DNA of 64,000 nucleotides from NCBI GenBank assembly GCA_963663225.1, contig OY760142.1, positions 992,001-1,056,000 on the forward strand, read 5' to 3'. Source of the DNA: Nitrospirota bacterium (GTDB taxonomy: Bacteria; Nitrospirota; UBA9217). Made by a program: the position numbers and the translations under genes. A model generated the notes under the pieces. It ran no database searches. It was given only the letters and a program-made list of their open reading frames with translations, and was not told the DNA's origin. Below, piece after piece: positions 31,712 through 42,859 of the stretch (its first letter is position 1; each line of letters opens with the position of its first letter).

Positions 31712-32479
31712 ATGAGCCTGATGGAGCACAAAATAGCCGCCTCACTCAGCAGACAAAATCGCAGAAGCCGCTTCATGTTGGTTGTCGACGGCGACCCGAA
31801 CAGCCTCGCCTATACGTCCCTGCTCCTTCATCGTTTTAATTATCAAATTTTCAAAGCCTCAACTGCCGAAGAAGCGCTTCAGATGGCGTCCGTGGCACTT
31901 CCTGCGCTTATTATTATCGCTCTTCCGCCCAAGGGAATGAGCGGTTTTGACTTTATGCAGCAACTCAGAGACTATCCGCCCACGGCCACACTTCCTGTCA
32001 TCGCCATAAGTGAGCAGGATGACGTGGCTGTAAAACAGCGTTGCTTCGAGCTGGGAGCTGTAGAATGCCTTTGTCGCCCCATTGCACCAGAACTGCTTTA
32101 TCGTGCTGTTCAGGTGGCGGCAGAAAAAACGCCCCGGACGAGCATGAGGATCAGGACGACCCAGCCGGTAAAAGTTACCAATATGCCGCTCGAGGATTTT
32201 GAAGGAGCGTATGCTCTGGAACTGTCTGAACGAGGCCTGTTCCTGCGTACAACACGGAATGCCGTCCGGAACCTACGGCTCTCGCTCCAGGTTGACCTGA
32301 ACGGCCACCGCGTCCTCACAGAGGCAGCAGTGGTGTATAACTGTCCGGCCCGGACCGGCCCTTACAGCGAACCGGGAGTAGGGCTTCAGTTTGTCGAAAT
32401 CAGCGAAACAGACCAGGAGCATATCAGATCGTTTATCATGAACGAAGTATTGCGGGGCATTCCGCCCCAAGACCCCTGA
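31712..32479 (+). CDS. Receiver-like + PilZ domain protein, paralog 3
   Basis: REC fold, RTSMR RxxxR, ELSERG, GVGLQF. Confidence 0.85.
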   Translation: MSLMEHKIAASLSRQNRRSRFMLVVDGDPNSLAYTSLLLHRFNYQIFKASTAEEALQMASVALPALIIIALPPKGMSGFDFMQQLRDYPPTATLPVIAISEQDDVAVKQRCFELGAVECLCRPIAPELLYRAVQVAAEKTPRTSMRIRTTQPVKVTNMPLEDFEGAYALELSERGLFLRTTRNAVRNLRLSLQVDLNGHRVLTEAAVVYNCPARTGPYSEPGVGLQFVEISETDQEHIRSFIMNEVLRGIPPQDP

Positions 32480-32690
32480 GCTCCGGTTCTACTTCATAGT
32501 TCCTGCCTCCTCGCAAACATCCAGACCCCTTCCCTGCAGCAACTGTAATACCGCTATTTTGATGTTTCTTTTCCCGGACTTTGGTGATAATATAACAGGT
32601 TATAAAAATCATACCTTAGTTCGCTCTATAATTTTTTCTCCGGGGATGGTATTTCCTATGCGTCTGGGCTTTTTCAAGGAACCCGGCATT

Positions 32691-33959
32691 ATGCTTGCCG
32701 AAAAATTCATCACGTATGTTACCCGAAAAAAGAACGCTGAATGTCTGCAATTTACGCCGACGACTTCACTTGCGGTTCCACAACGGTCTAAAAATATTCC
32801 GGCTGGCCTGTATCTTCATGTGCCTTTTTGCGAGGAACTTTGTCCGTATTGCTCCTTCAACCGCGTAGAGTTTCAGGAAGACTTAACGCGGCGCTATTTT
32901 GATGCCTTGCGCAAGGAGATCATTCTCTATAAAAAATTAGGGCACGATTTTCAAGCACTGTATATCGGCGGAGGGACCCCCACGGTTTTAATAGACGAGC
33001 TTGAGTCCACGATCAGATTGGTGAAGGAACAGTTCCATATCACTGAGATTTCCGTCGAGACAAATCCCAATCACCTCACCAGGACGAACCTCCTTATCCT
33101 TAAAAACGCCGGCGTGAACAGGCTTTCCGTCGGGGTACAAACGTTTGATGACGATTTGCTGCAGTCCTTGAAACGCTATCATAAGTATGGAAGCGGTGCG
33201 GAAGTTGCTGAACGCCTGAAACAGACCCAGGGCATTTTTCATACCTTGAATGTGGACATGATATTTAATTTCCCCACGCAGACCAGGCAGATGCTGGAGC
33301 AGGACCTGGTCACTATAAACAATCTCGGTGTCGACCAAATAACCTATTATCCGTTAATGTCGTCTCTGCAAACGCAGGAAACAATGTCCCGCGAGCTGGG
33401 AGGGACTATCGATTCTACCCGCGCACGCGAATTTTATACCGTGATCTCGGAAGGACTTGCGTCCCACTATGGTGCAAGCACTGCCTGGTGTTTTTCACGT
33501 CATGATGCTCTCATCGATGAATACGCCGTGCACTTTGATGAATATGCCGGTCTTGGCAGCGGGTCCATCGGCCACCTGGGAAGAACCGCGTATGCAAATA
33601 CGTTCGACATCGAAACATATATCGCGAAAGTGAACGACGGGATTTTACCCATAGCGGCGAAGCGGGATTTTTCCCTGCGAGAGAGGATTTCCTACGATTT
33701 TCTCATGAAGCTCTTCGGATTGAGCGTGGATATAAATCTGCTGAACGCAAAACACGGGGTAAACATCTACCGGTATCTCTGGCCTGAAATCATGTTCTTC
33801 AGGCTGATAAACGGACTGCAGAAGAAAGGCAGCAAGCTCTCGCTTACCAAAAACGGACGGTATTACTGGTTTTTGATGATGCGCGAATTTTTTATCGGAG
33901 TAAACAATTTCAGGGATTACTGCCGTGCGCAGGCACATGGCGGCAGAGAGGCAGTGTAG
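32691..33959 (+). CDS. HemN-like radical SAM protein
   Basis: LYLHVPFCEELCPYC, YIGGGTP, RLSVGVQ; start position uncertain. Confidence 0.88.
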   Translation: MLAEKFITYVTRKKNAECLQFTPTTSLAVPQRSKNIPAGLYLHVPFCEELCPYCSFNRVEFQEDLTRRYFDALRKEIILYKKLGHDFQALYIGGGTPTVLIDELESTIRLVKEQFHITEISVETNPNHLTRTNLLILKNAGVNRLSVGVQTFDDDLLQSLKRYHKYGSGAEVAERLKQTQGIFHTLNVDMIFNFPTQTRQMLEQDLVTINNLGVDQITYYPLMSSLQTQETMSRELGGTIDSTRAREFYTVISEGLASHYGASTAWCFSRHDALIDEYAVHFDEYAGLGSGSIGHLGRTAYANTFDIETYIAKVNDGILPIAAKRDFSLRERISYDFLMKLFGLSVDINLLNAKHGVNIYRYLWPEIMFFRLINGLQKKGSKLSLTKNGRYYWFLMMREFFIGVNNFRDYCRAQAHGGREAV

Positions 33960-34004
33960 CACTTCGTCTCTGCTTTCGGTTGGTTTTTGCGCTCCGAGAA
34001 CCTT

Positions 34005-34490
34005 CTATTTTGCAAATTTCTTTTTGAGGCGCTCCGCAACAAGCTCCGGAACAAGCGTGGAAATATCGCCGCCGAAACTCGCAACTTCCTTCACAATGGT
34101 CGAGGTAATAAAGGAATACGCCTCGTTCGGCATCATAAAAACAGCTTCAACCGTATTGCAAAGCCTGCGGTTTGTAAGCGCCATCTGCATCTCAAATTCA
34201 AAATCAGAAATCGCCCGAAGTCCACGGATAATTGCCGATGCCTTCTTGCGCCTTACATAATCAATAAGGAGGCCGTCGAAGCCTTCAATAGTAATATTCC
34301 GGTAGCCCGCCGTTATCTCCTTGAACATGCCGACGCGTTCCTCAAGAGAAAAAAGCGGATTTTTTTTTGGATTCGCCGCAACTGCAATAATCAGCTCACC
34401 AAAAATCCTGAGGCTCCGTTCCACAAGGTCAAGGTGCCCATTGGTAACAGGATCGAATGTACCGGCATAAACAGCGATAGGTCTTATCAT
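34005..34490 (-). CDS. coaD: Phosphopantetheine adenylyltransferase
   Basis: YAGTFDPVTNGH, RGLRAISDFEFE, TSTIVKE. Confidence 0.97.
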   Translation of the reverse strand: MIRPIAVYAGTFDPVTNGHLDLVERSLRIFGELIIAVAANPKKNPLFSLEERVGMFKEITAGYRNITIEGFDGLLIDYVRRKKASAIIRGLRAISDFEFEMQMALTNRRLCNTVEAVFMMPNEAYSFITSTIVKEVASFGGDISTLVPELVAERLKKKFAK

Positions 34491-34540
34491 GGATTCTCCC
34501 TTTGCTTGATCAAGCATGTTGTGTGTTTTCATCGTAATTT

Positions 34541-35077
34541 TTACTTCATCTCGTAAAAAGCCAGCACCGTATCCCCGTATCGCGACTCGCGACTCAGGGT
34601 CAGCCCGGCAACTTTTTCCGGAGATGCTTGTTTCTTGAAATGTTCCGCAACAACAACGGCACCGGGACTCAGTGCTCCTGCCCCAAATAATTCGAGCACG
34701 GAGGCAATATCTTCCGCATACGGCGGGTCGAGAAACACTATGTCATAGGATTCGGTCGTTTTTTTAAGAAATGACTCCGCTTTCGACAGCACGACCTGTG
34801 CCCGGTCCTCAAACTCCAGCTGCTGCAGGTTCCGCTTGATGACATGCAAAGACTCACGGGAGACGTCCACAAAGGTCACCTTGCCTGCACCTCGGCTGAG
34901 CGCCTCAATGCCGATCCCGCCGGCACCTGCATACAGATCTAAAAAAATCGCACCGGGGACCTTGTCTCCCAGGATGTTAAAAAGTGCCTGCTTTACCTTG
35001 TCGGACGTGGGCCGGACCCGCAATCCTGAAGGCACTTGTAACCGGCGTCCTTTCCCTGCCCCCCCTGCCACTCTCAT
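34541..35077 (-). CDS. rsmD: 16S rRNA m2G966 methyltransferase
   Basis: RPTSDKVK, DLYAGAGGIGIEALSRG, FLDPPY, YGDT. Confidence 0.94.
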   Translation of the reverse strand: MRVAGGAGKGRRLQVPSGLRVRPTSDKVKQALFNILGDKVPGAIFLDLYAGAGGIGIEALSRGAGKVTFVDVSRESLHVIKRNLQQLEFEDRAQVVLSKAESFLKKTTESYDIVFLDPPYAEDIASVLELFGAGALSPGAVVVAEHFKKQASPEKVAGLTLSRESRYGDTVLAFYEMK

Positions 35078-35272
35078 AAAAATTTTCCCGAAACGGTTGC
35101 GGTGCCGCTTCTCTTCACCAACAACGCATTTTTTCGAGAAGCGCCGCACTTATGCGAAACATTCTGGTGCAATACCGGTCTGACTCCTGAATTTTCCTGC
35201 ATGCAAATGGTCTCGAAAACAGTGAACTTTTAGACGATGCTACAGAAAAAAAACTGCTGAGTCAAGCGATTC

Positions 35273-35301
35273 TTGACAGCCCCTGCTATTAAGGATATAC
35301 T
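35273..35301 (+). promoter_or_regulatory. Sigma70-type promoter of nfeD-slipin
   Basis: TTGACA-17 bp-TATACT. Confidence 0.7.
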
Positions 35302-35321
35302 TGTTTTGTCAAGGAGAAATA

Positions 35322-36662
35322 ATGAAAAAACCTTTCAAAGCCTTGCTGTTTGTCGCTTTTATCGCCATGCTTTTTGCCGGTGCCGTCGGAATCTCATACT
35401 CCATTGAAAAAGCTGAAACAAAAAAAGATGCATCCGCTGCACCGGCCCAGCAGAAAACAATATACCTGATCAAGATAGACGCACCGATCACGCCGGTGGT
35501 GGCGGAATACATCGGGTCCTCCATTGACACCGCCGCCAAGGCAAAAGCCGAGGCTCTCATCATTCAGCTGAACACTCCGGGAGGGCTTGTCGACTCCACC
35601 CTCCAGATCATCATCAAAATGATGGCGTCCGAAGTTCCCATCGTGGTGTATGTCGCACCTTCCGGTGCGCGGGCAGCATCGGCAGGTGTTTTTATCACGC
35701 TCTCGGCAAACATAGCAGCCATGGCTCCGACCACGCACATCGGCGCAGCACACCCGGTACAGGTGGAAGGGAAAATGGACAAAACCATGGAGAAAAAGGC
35801 GGTAAACGACCTTGCGGCCATGGTGCGGGGCATTGCTGAAAAACGTGGACGAAACGCAAAATGGGCGGAAGAAGCCGTGCGGGAAAGCGTGTCCATAACA
35901 GAAACGGAAGCTATCAAGGATAAGGTGGTGGACCTGATTGCGCCCGACATCCCTTCACTTGTTAAAGCTATCAATGGAAAGACCGTTGACGTGGCCCTTG
36001 GCAAAAAGACGCTGGCGACTGAAGGCGCGGAAGTAAAAGAAATTACGATGGGTTTCCGATACCGCCTTCTGGAAATTATCAGCAATCCTAATATCGCCTA
36101 TATTCTCATGATCCTCGGTTTCTACGGCCTTTATTTCGAGCTATCCAACCCCGGTTCTGTTTTCCCCGGAGTGGCGGGTGCCATCTGCCTGATTCTTGCC
36201 TTCTATGCCCTGCACACGCTTCCCATTAATTACGCCGGCCTTATGCTCATTATTCTCGGCATCGGATTGTTCATTGCGGAGGCCTTCATAACAAGCCATG
36301 GCGTTCTGGGAGTCGGAGGTGTCATTTCCATGCTCTTTGGATCAATTATGCTCATCGATTCCGCATCACCCGCTCTTCAGATATCCTGGGCGGTCATCAT
36401 TCCCGCCGTGATCGTGTCTGCCGTGCTGTTCATCATCACGGTTACCGTTGCCGTGCGCGTGTACCGGGAAAAACCGGACACCGGCAAAGAAGGGCTTATT
36501 GATATGCAGGCAACGGCAAAAACCGACATCCATGCGGACGGACAGGTGTTCCTGCGGGGGGAATACTGGAGCGCATGGAGCGACGAGCCGATCCGGCAGG
36601 GAGAAAAAGTCACCGTCGTGGCCCTCGAAGGACTGAAGTTAAAAGTAAAAAAGAGCGCATAG
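35322..36662 (+). CDS. nfeD: NfeD membrane-bound ClpP-class serine protease (long form)
   Basis: NTPGG, AASAG, IGAAHP, TM region, C-terminal OB domain (GEYWSA). Confidence 0.92.
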   Translation: MKKPFKALLFVAFIAMLFAGAVGISYSIEKAETKKDASAAPAQQKTIYLIKIDAPITPVVAEYIGSSIDTAAKAKAEALIIQLNTPGGLVDSTLQIIIKMMASEVPIVVYVAPSGARAASAGVFITLSANIAAMAPTTHIGAAHPVQVEGKMDKTMEKKAVNDLAAMVRGIAEKRGRNAKWAEEAVRESVSITETEAIKDKVVDLIAPDIPSLVKAINGKTVDVALGKKTLATEGAEVKEITMGFRYRLLEIISNPNIAYILMILGFYGLYFELSNPGSVFPGVAGAICLILAFYALHTLPINYAGLMLIILGIGLFIAEAFITSHGVLGVGGVISMLFGSIMLIDSASPALQISWAVIIPAVIVSAVLFIITVTVAVRVYREKPDTGKEGLIDMQATAKTDIHADGQVFLRGEYWSAWSDEPIRQGEKVTVVALEGLKLKVKKSA

Positions 36663-36707
36663 CAGCAATCGTTCAATCAATCGGAAAAACGCTAAAGGAG
36701 GCTTCGT

Positions 36708-37481
36708 ATGTTTCAGTTTGTAGGGATGGGTTTTTTATTTCTGATAATACTCTTCGTCATGGTTCTGTACAACATTGTAAAAATCCTGAAGCAATACGAA
36801 CGGGGAGTCATTTTTACGCTCGGCAAAGTGAGCGTAGAACACGGCGTAAAGGGTCCGGGGCTTATTCTTCTGTGGCCGGGAATACAAAAAATGGTGCGTG
36901 TCAGCCTGCGGACCGTGACCATGGATGTGCCGGCCCAGGACGTGATCACGAAAGACAATGTCACCGTAAAAGTGAATGCCGTGGTTTACTTCAGAGTCAT
37001 CGATCCGCGCAAGGCAATCGTCGAAGTGGAGGATTTTTATTACGCGACCTCGCTCATCTCGCAAACGTCGCTCAGAAGCGTGCTGGGCCAGAACGCCCTG
37101 GACGACCTCCTCTCAAACCGCGAGGCAATAAACGCAGAGCTCCAGAAGGTGATTGATCTGCAGACAGAGCCGTGGGGCGTGAAGGTAACAACCGTGGAAG
37201 TGAAAAACGTGGATCTGCCGGCGGAAATGCAGCGCGCCATCGCCATTCAGGCTCAGGCAGAACGCGAACGCCGCGCGAAGGTCATCCACGCCGAAGGCGA
37301 ACTCCAGGCCTCTTCCAAACTCTCCGATGCTGCCAACGTAATCAGCCAGAACCCCACGACCCTGCAACTTCGGTATCTGCAGACCCTTACTGAAATTGCT
37401 TCAGAGAAAAATTCAACCATTATTTTCCCGCTGCCTATTGATCTTATTACCGCATTTCAAAAGCTGCTCGAAAAGAAATAA
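36708..37481 (+). CDS. Slipin/stomatin SPFH protein
   Basis: [40 protein letters not shown]; partner of nfeD. Confidence 0.95.
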   Translation: MFQFVGMGFLFLIILFVMVLYNIVKILKQYERGVIFTLGKVSVEHGVKGPGLILLWPGIQKMVRVSLRTVTMDVPAQDVITKDNVTVKVNAVVYFRVIDPRKAIVEVEDFYYATSLISQTSLRSVLGQNALDDLLSNREAINAELQKVIDLQTEPWGVKVTTVEVKNVDLPAEMQRAIAIQAQAERERRAKVIHAEGELQASSKLSDAANVISQNPTTLQLRYLQTLTEIASEKNSTIIFPLPIDLITAFQKLLEKK

Positions 37482-37523
37482 AGTCAGGAGCGCAGGCGCT
37501 TCTTCCCGCGAACGCAAATAAAA

Positions 37524-37552
37524 AAAGGGGACCGGATCATCCGGTCCCCTTT
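37524..37552. terminator. Likely bidirectional intrinsic terminator
   Basis: AAAGGGGACCGGAT-C-ATCCGGTCCCCTTT between convergent genes, with an A-tract on the left. Confidence 0.85.
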
Positions 37553-37573
37553 GCAATGAGTTTTCCTCCAGGC

Positions 37574-37759
37574 TTATTCTTCAGTGATTGTAATGGCCTT
37601 CTGCGGGCAGCCCTCAACGCAGGCTTCGCAGTTGATGCAGTCAGCCATATTCACTGGAACAGCCTTGTTATTTTTGACTTCGAACACGTTCTGCGGGCAC
37701 ACATCCGCGCAGACGCCGTCGCCGTCGCACTTCCCATTGTCTACTGTTACCTTGTACAT
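37574..37759 (-). CDS. Dicluster-type ferredoxin
   Basis: 61 aa; CDGDGVCADVCP (second Cys replaced by Asp) and CINCEACVEGCP; AGGAGG RBS. Confidence 0.92.
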   Translation of the reverse strand: MYKVTVDNGKCDGDGVCADVCPQNVFEVKNNKAVPVNMADCINCEACVEGCPQKAITITEE

Positions 37760-38185
37760 TGTTTCTGGTTCCTCCTTTAAATATAGTAAGATGCCAAAAA
37801 GCATCGTATTTTACCTGTCCGGGCCGATAAAATCAAGTAAGAAATGGGTGTTTTTTTAAGAACCACTGTGCATACACTAATGATTATCCCCCACCAAAAA
37901 ATCCAGTTCAGCAATAAATACGCGCCGAACAGTGTCCAGCGCATCTCCTGACGAAAGGAAAATAATTTTTTATTGTTTTCTTTCTTCAAGTATGGTACTT
38001 TTGCAAAATGAACACTGCGGTTCAATCTCGACAGAAAGGTGCGATCAAGAAGACTCCTCCCAACAGGCGCGAACTCATCCAGACCAAGGAAGACTCCCTT
38101 TTCTCTCGCTCCAGTTACTCCCACGATTTCGAAGCACTGAACAGAGAACCTTCCAGAACGCTTCCGATCCTACATTAAAAGGCCG

Positions 38186-39844
38186 ATGCTTAACCAATTT
38201 CTTTCGAAGATAGATTTCAGTTCTTATGATGATTTTATTCAAAATTTCCGCATCATGGTGCCGGAGCATTTCAATTTTGCCTTTGATGTCGTGGATGATA
38301 TAGCAGCACGCCAGCCGCAGAAAATCGCCTTGGTCTGGTGCGATGAAAATGGGAACAGAGCTGAGTTTACGTTTGCCCAATTAAATCACTACGCCAATAA
38401 AGCCACAAACTTTTTCCTGTCGCACGGCATCCGTAAGGGCGACCCCGTGATGCTTATTCTCAAGAGGCGCTATGAGTTCTGGTTCTGCCTTCTTGCCCTT
38501 CACAAAATCGGCGCAATTTGCATCCCGGCCACGCACCTTCTTACCCACAAAGACATCATCTACCGCAACAATGCAGCCGATGTCAAGATGATCGTAAGCG
38601 TATCGGATCCTCTCGTCATCGAACATGTCGAGAAATCTGAAGCTCAATCCCCCACCCTGAAGCTGAAAGCCCTGGTCAATGGAAACCGCGACGGATGGCT
38701 GAATTTTAATATGGAAATGGAACACGCGTCCGAACATGTCGAGCGCCCGACCGGCGGCGACGCAAACGCAAACGAAGACATCTCGCTTCTCTATTTTACT
38801 TCCGGAACGACCGGAATGCCGAAGATGGTGCAGCATGACTTTACCTACCCTCTCGGCCATATTCTTACGGCCAAATACTGGCAGAACGTCAGGAAAGACG
38901 GGCTCCACTTTACCGTCGCCGATACGGGATGGGCAAAGGCAGTCTGGGGCAAAATATACGGCCAATGGCTTGCAGGCTCCACTGTATTTATTTATGACTA
39001 CGATAAGTTCGACCCCAGGAAGCTTCTTGATGTTATCGTGAAGTACAAAATAACCACATTCTGTGCGCCGCCCACGGTCTATCGTTTTTTTATCAAGGAA
39101 GACCTTTCAAAATATGATTTCAGCAGCCTGCAGTACTGTGTTGTCGCCGGCGAACCGTTGAACCCCGAAGTCTATTCCCAATTTCTGAACGCAACCGGAA
39201 TCCGACTGATGGAAGGTTACGGACAAACGGAAATGACCGCCGCGATCGCCACCTTTCCATGGATGCAGCCAAAGCCGGGATCAATGGGAAAACCGTCTCC
39301 TTGGTATGACATCGACCTTCTGGACGAAGATGGAAACTCCTGCGGCATCGGCAAGGAAGGGCAGATTGTGGTCCGCACCAACGCACGCAAACCGGTCGGC
39401 ATGTTTGGCGGATACTACCGCGACCTAGAGCGCACAAAAGGCGCCTGGCATGACGGAATCTACTATACAGGCGACATGGCATGGAAAGACGAAGACGGCT
39501 ACTATTGGTTTGTCGGCCGGGCGGACGACCTCATAAAAAGCTCCGGATATGCAATCGGGCCGTTCGAAGTCGAAAGCGCGCTGCATGAACACCCCGCAGT
39601 GCTCGAATGCGCCATCACCGGCGCTCCCGATCCGGTCCGGGGGCAGGTCGTCAAGGCAAGCATCGTGCTGGCCAAAGGATACGCTCCCAGCGACGCTCTT
39701 GTGCATGAGCTGCAGGAGCATGTAAAAAAAGTAACCGCGCCCTATAAATATCCGCGCATCATAGAATTTGTCCCCGCACTTCCCAAAACGATCAGCGGCA
39801 AGATACGCAGGGTCGAGATCAGACAGAAAAGCGCCGCTCAGTGA
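38186..39844 (+). CDS. Acyl-CoA synthetase (AMP-forming)
   Basis: [38 protein letters not shown]. Confidence 0.92.
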   Translation: MLNQFLSKIDFSSYDDFIQNFRIMVPEHFNFAFDVVDDIAARQPQKIALVWCDENGNRAEFTFAQLNHYANKATNFFLSHGIRKGDPVMLILKRRYEFWFCLLALHKIGAICIPATHLLTHKDIIYRNNAADVKMIVSVSDPLVIEHVEKSEAQSPTLKLKALVNGNRDGWLNFNMEMEHASEHVERPTGGDANANEDISLLYFTSGTTGMPKMVQHDFTYPLGHILTAKYWQNVRKDGLHFTVADTGWAKAVWGKIYGQWLAGSTVFIYDYDKFDPRKLLDVIVKYKITTFCAPPTVYRFFIKEDLSKYDFSSLQYCVVAGEPLNPEVYSQFLNATGIRLMEGYGQTEMTAAIATFPWMQPKPGSMGKPSPWYDIDLLDEDGNSCGIGKEGQIVVRTNARKPVGMFGGYYRDLERTKGAWHDGIYYTGDMAWKDEDGYYWFVGRADDLIKSSGYAIGPFEVESALHEHPAVLECAITGAPDPVRGQVVKASIVLAKGYAPSDALVHELQEHVKKVTAPYKYPRIIEFVPALPKTISGKIRRVEIRQKSAAQ

Positions 39845-40066
39845 CAACACAATAGCTCTCGTGCAACGAAATTGCACACCTTATCCCGGCAAAAAATCGC
39901 TCTAACTCCTGCAACTTGCAACAATGCTAGGCCCAAAGAACCGCTGCCTTCCAGGATATCCCTACGGTCCCCTTGAAAGATGTCTTGTCGTCGCATACGA
40001 TTGCCCTTTTTGCAACTTTATGTTACCATCAGAAAATCTTTGCCACAGAAGGAAAAGGAACTCTGT

Positions 40067-42655
40067 ATGTCCACGACCACCTTAACAAGCCTCCGGGTCA
40101 GGCTTTTAGTATTAATTATCGCAGCGGTTATCCCTGCACTGGTATTTATATTTTATACAGCTTCCGAACAAAGAAATCGCAGAGAAGCCGAAATACGTGA
40201 GCAAACAATGCGCGTTGCCAAGCTCGCAACAAACAATATTGAGCAACTTGTCGAAGGGTCACATCAACTCCTCATCGGATTATCTAAATTACCGGCAATT
40301 CGTAATTATGATTCATCAGGCTGCAATAATTATTTTTCTGCCGTCAAAGAACAGTTGCCCATGTATGCCAATATCGCCGCAGTGAAACCGAACGGCGATG
40401 TGTTTTGCAGCGCAATCCCTATCGAAAAGAAAATAAATCTCGCAGATCGTATCTTTTTCCAGTCCGCGATGCAAGACAACGGGTATTCTATCGGAGAATA
40501 TGTCATCGCTCGTGTTTATGAAAAACCCTCGTTCGCATTAGGGCAACCGGTCCTGGACAGGAATCAACGCGTAATTGCAGTCATTTATGTTTCTCTGGAT
40601 TTGAATTGGTTTAAAGATCAACTGAGTAAGATACAGGTGTCCGATAATGCGATCCTGACCGTGCTCGACCGCAAGCAGACAATTCTGTATCGCTATCCCA
40701 ATACGGACAAAGCGATGGGACAAACGTTGTCAGGTACGGAGCTTACAAAGAAAATTGCCGATTTGGATGAGGGCATAGTTGTTGCCAAGAGTGCGATGGA
40801 CGGCATTACACGGATATGGGCTTTTAATCAGGTGCCGGGCACCAATAGAAGTATGTCTGTCAGGTATGGAATATCCCGCGAAGCGGCTTTTGCCGACATT
40901 AACCGGATGCTTATTAAAAACCTGTTAATCCTCCTGATCATTACCGGTATTGTTCTTATCATTGCTTGGTTTGGCGGAGAGTATTTCATTATGCGACGCA
41001 TGAAACTCCTCACCCGGGCAACAGAAGAGCTTTCTAAAGGCAATCTCAGTGCAAGGGTTGACATACGCGGCAGACAAGATGAAATCAACCAATTGGGTGA
41101 TAGTTTCAACAAAATGGCGGAATCACTAGAGCGTCATATTCAAGAACGCAAAAAAACCGAGGAACAATACCGCGCTCTTTTTGAAGAATCGAAAGATATG
41201 ATTTTTATGAGCACACCGCAAGGGAAATATCTGGACATTAACCCCGCGGGCGTGGAACTGCTGGGATATTCTTCCAAGGAAGAAGTGCTCGATTTAGACA
41301 TATCAAGAGACATTTTTGTAAATTCGGAAGATAGAAAAGCATACGAACAGATTCTGAAGCAAAAAGGGTTTGTGAAGGAGTATGAGCTTGAATTTAAAAG
41401 AAAAGACGGAAAACAATTGACCGTATTATCAACGACGACAACGTTATTAAATAATAATGGCGACATTGTAGCATATCGGGGAATTAATCGAGACATTACT
41501 GAGCATAAGAGACTTGAGCAGCAGTTTATCCAGGCCCAGAAGATGGAAGCAGTCGGGCAACTTTCAGGCGGGATTGCACATGATTTTAATAATATACTTA
41601 CTGCAATAATCGGCTACGGAAGCATTTTGAAAACCAAACTGCCACAATCCGGCTTTTTACATGAATATGTCAACAACATCCTCACCTCCTCGGAAAAAGC
41701 CGCAAATTTGGTGAAAAATCTGCTCGCCTTCAGCAGAAAGCAGATACTCAATCCGCTCCCTGTCGATATCAACACCATTGTAACGGGCATGCAGAATATA
41801 TTAGAACGAATTATCGGCGAGGATATAGAATTTACTGTCAAGGCTGCCGACCATGATTTAATCGTCAAAGCCGACAAAACCCAGATAGAGCAGGTGCTTA
41901 TGAATCTGGCAACAAACGCTCGTGATGCAATGCCTTCCGGCGGGAAATTGACAATATCTGCTGCCGAAGTGCTGATAGATGAACGATTCATAAAAGTCCA
42001 CCAATACGGCAGTCTCGGCACCTATGCAGTTATTTCAGTGACGGACACTGGCATCGGTATTGAAAAAGCTGCTTTGGAACATATTTTTGACCCTTTTTTC
42101 ACAACAAAAGAAGTCAATAAAGGCACCGGTCTGGGACTGGCGATGGTTTACGGGACTATTAAGCAGCACGACGGCTTCATCAATGTCTATAGCGAACCGG
42201 GCATCGGCACTACCTTCAAGCTGTATCTTCCGTTAACAGCGGTACCAAATCAACAAATCGACAACCTGCCTGCGGCCTCCGTTTCTTCCGGCAACGAAAC
42301 AATCTTATTGGTTGAAGATAATGACCCGGTCAGAAAAGTTACTCGAACTATCCTTGAAGAGGCCGGATACAAGATTTTGGAGGCTGCCAGTGGAAAGCAG
42401 GCTATAGAATGCTTCCGAGAAAACCTGGATAAGATAGACCTCGTTATTACTGATGTGATTATGCCGGAACTCAGCGGCCACGATGTGCATAGTGAGTTAC
42501 AAAAGATACAGCCTGATGTAAAAATAATTTATGTGAGCGGATATGCAGCCGACATCCTTGAACAAAAAGGGATGCACAACGATACAATAAACTTCATATC
42601 AAAACCATTGCAGCCCGACGTTCTTTTAACAAAAATACGAGAAATTCTGAGCTGA
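40067..42655 (+). CDS. Hybrid sensor kinase (Cache-HAMP-PAS-HisKA-HATPase-REC)
   Basis: Two TM helices, HAMP (DEINQLGDSFN), PAS, AHDFNN, NARDAM, GTGLGL, C-terminal REC (ITDVIMP). Confidence 0.93.
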   Translation: MSTTTLTSLRVRLLVLIIAAVIPALVFIFYTASEQRNRREAEIREQTMRVAKLATNNIEQLVEGSHQLLIGLSKLPAIRNYDSSGCNNYFSAVKEQLPMYANIAAVKPNGDVFCSAIPIEKKINLADRIFFQSAMQDNGYSIGEYVIARVYEKPSFALGQPVLDRNQRVIAVIYVSLDLNWFKDQLSKIQVSDNAILTVLDRKQTILYRYPNTDKAMGQTLSGTELTKKIADLDEGIVVAKSAMDGITRIWAFNQVPGTNRSMSVRYGISREAAFADINRMLIKNLLILLIITGIVLIIAWFGGEYFIMRRMKLLTRATEELSKGNLSARVDIRGRQDEINQLGDSFNKMAESLERHIQERKKTEEQYRALFEESKDMIFMSTPQGKYLDINPAGVELLGYSSKEEVLDLDISRDIFVNSEDRKAYEQILKQKGFVKEYELEFKRKDGKQLTVLSTTTTLLNNNGDIVAYRGINRDITEHKRLEQQFIQAQKMEAVGQLSGGIAHDFNNILTAIIGYGSILKTKLPQSGFLHEYVNNILTSSEKAANLVKNLLAFSRKQILNPLPVDINTIVTGMQNILERIIGEDIEFTVKAADHDLIVKADKTQIEQVLMNLATNARDAMPSGGKLTISAAEVLIDERFIKVHQYGSLGTYAVISVTDTGIGIEKAALEHIFDPFFTTKEVNKGTGLGLAMVYGTIKQHDGFINVYSEPGIGTTFKLYLPLTAVPNQQIDNLPAASVSSGNETILLVEDNDPVRKVTRTILEEAGYKILEAASGKQAIECFRENLDKIDLVITDVIMPELSGHDVHSELQKIQPDVKIIYVSGYAADILEQKGMHNDTINFISKPLQPDVLLTKIREILS

Positions 42656-42859
42656 TATGACCATCACAAACTTGATTCAAGCTTGCTCACACAAGTCATT
42701 CCCGAACACACTATACGGCTTATGCGATATCCCAATCTGCCTACTCAAATTTTCGGAGCCCCCTGTTTTCCAGATATCTGCTAAAATGTAATCATTCCAC
42801 AAGGCAACGCTCTTCAGCACATACTGAGTTTTCAGCGCGGGTACGCAAACGAAACGCTC

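Noticed and set aside
37800-38185. Small gene or riboswitch between the ferredoxin and the acyl-CoA synthetase
   Set aside because: The short ORFs lack motifs; only a weak AGACTCC duplication; no riboswitch consensus recognised
39861-39877. GTGCAA-N5-TTGCAC palindrome as a regulator site
   Set aside because: Single 6 bp-arm occurrence just after a stop codon; could be chance
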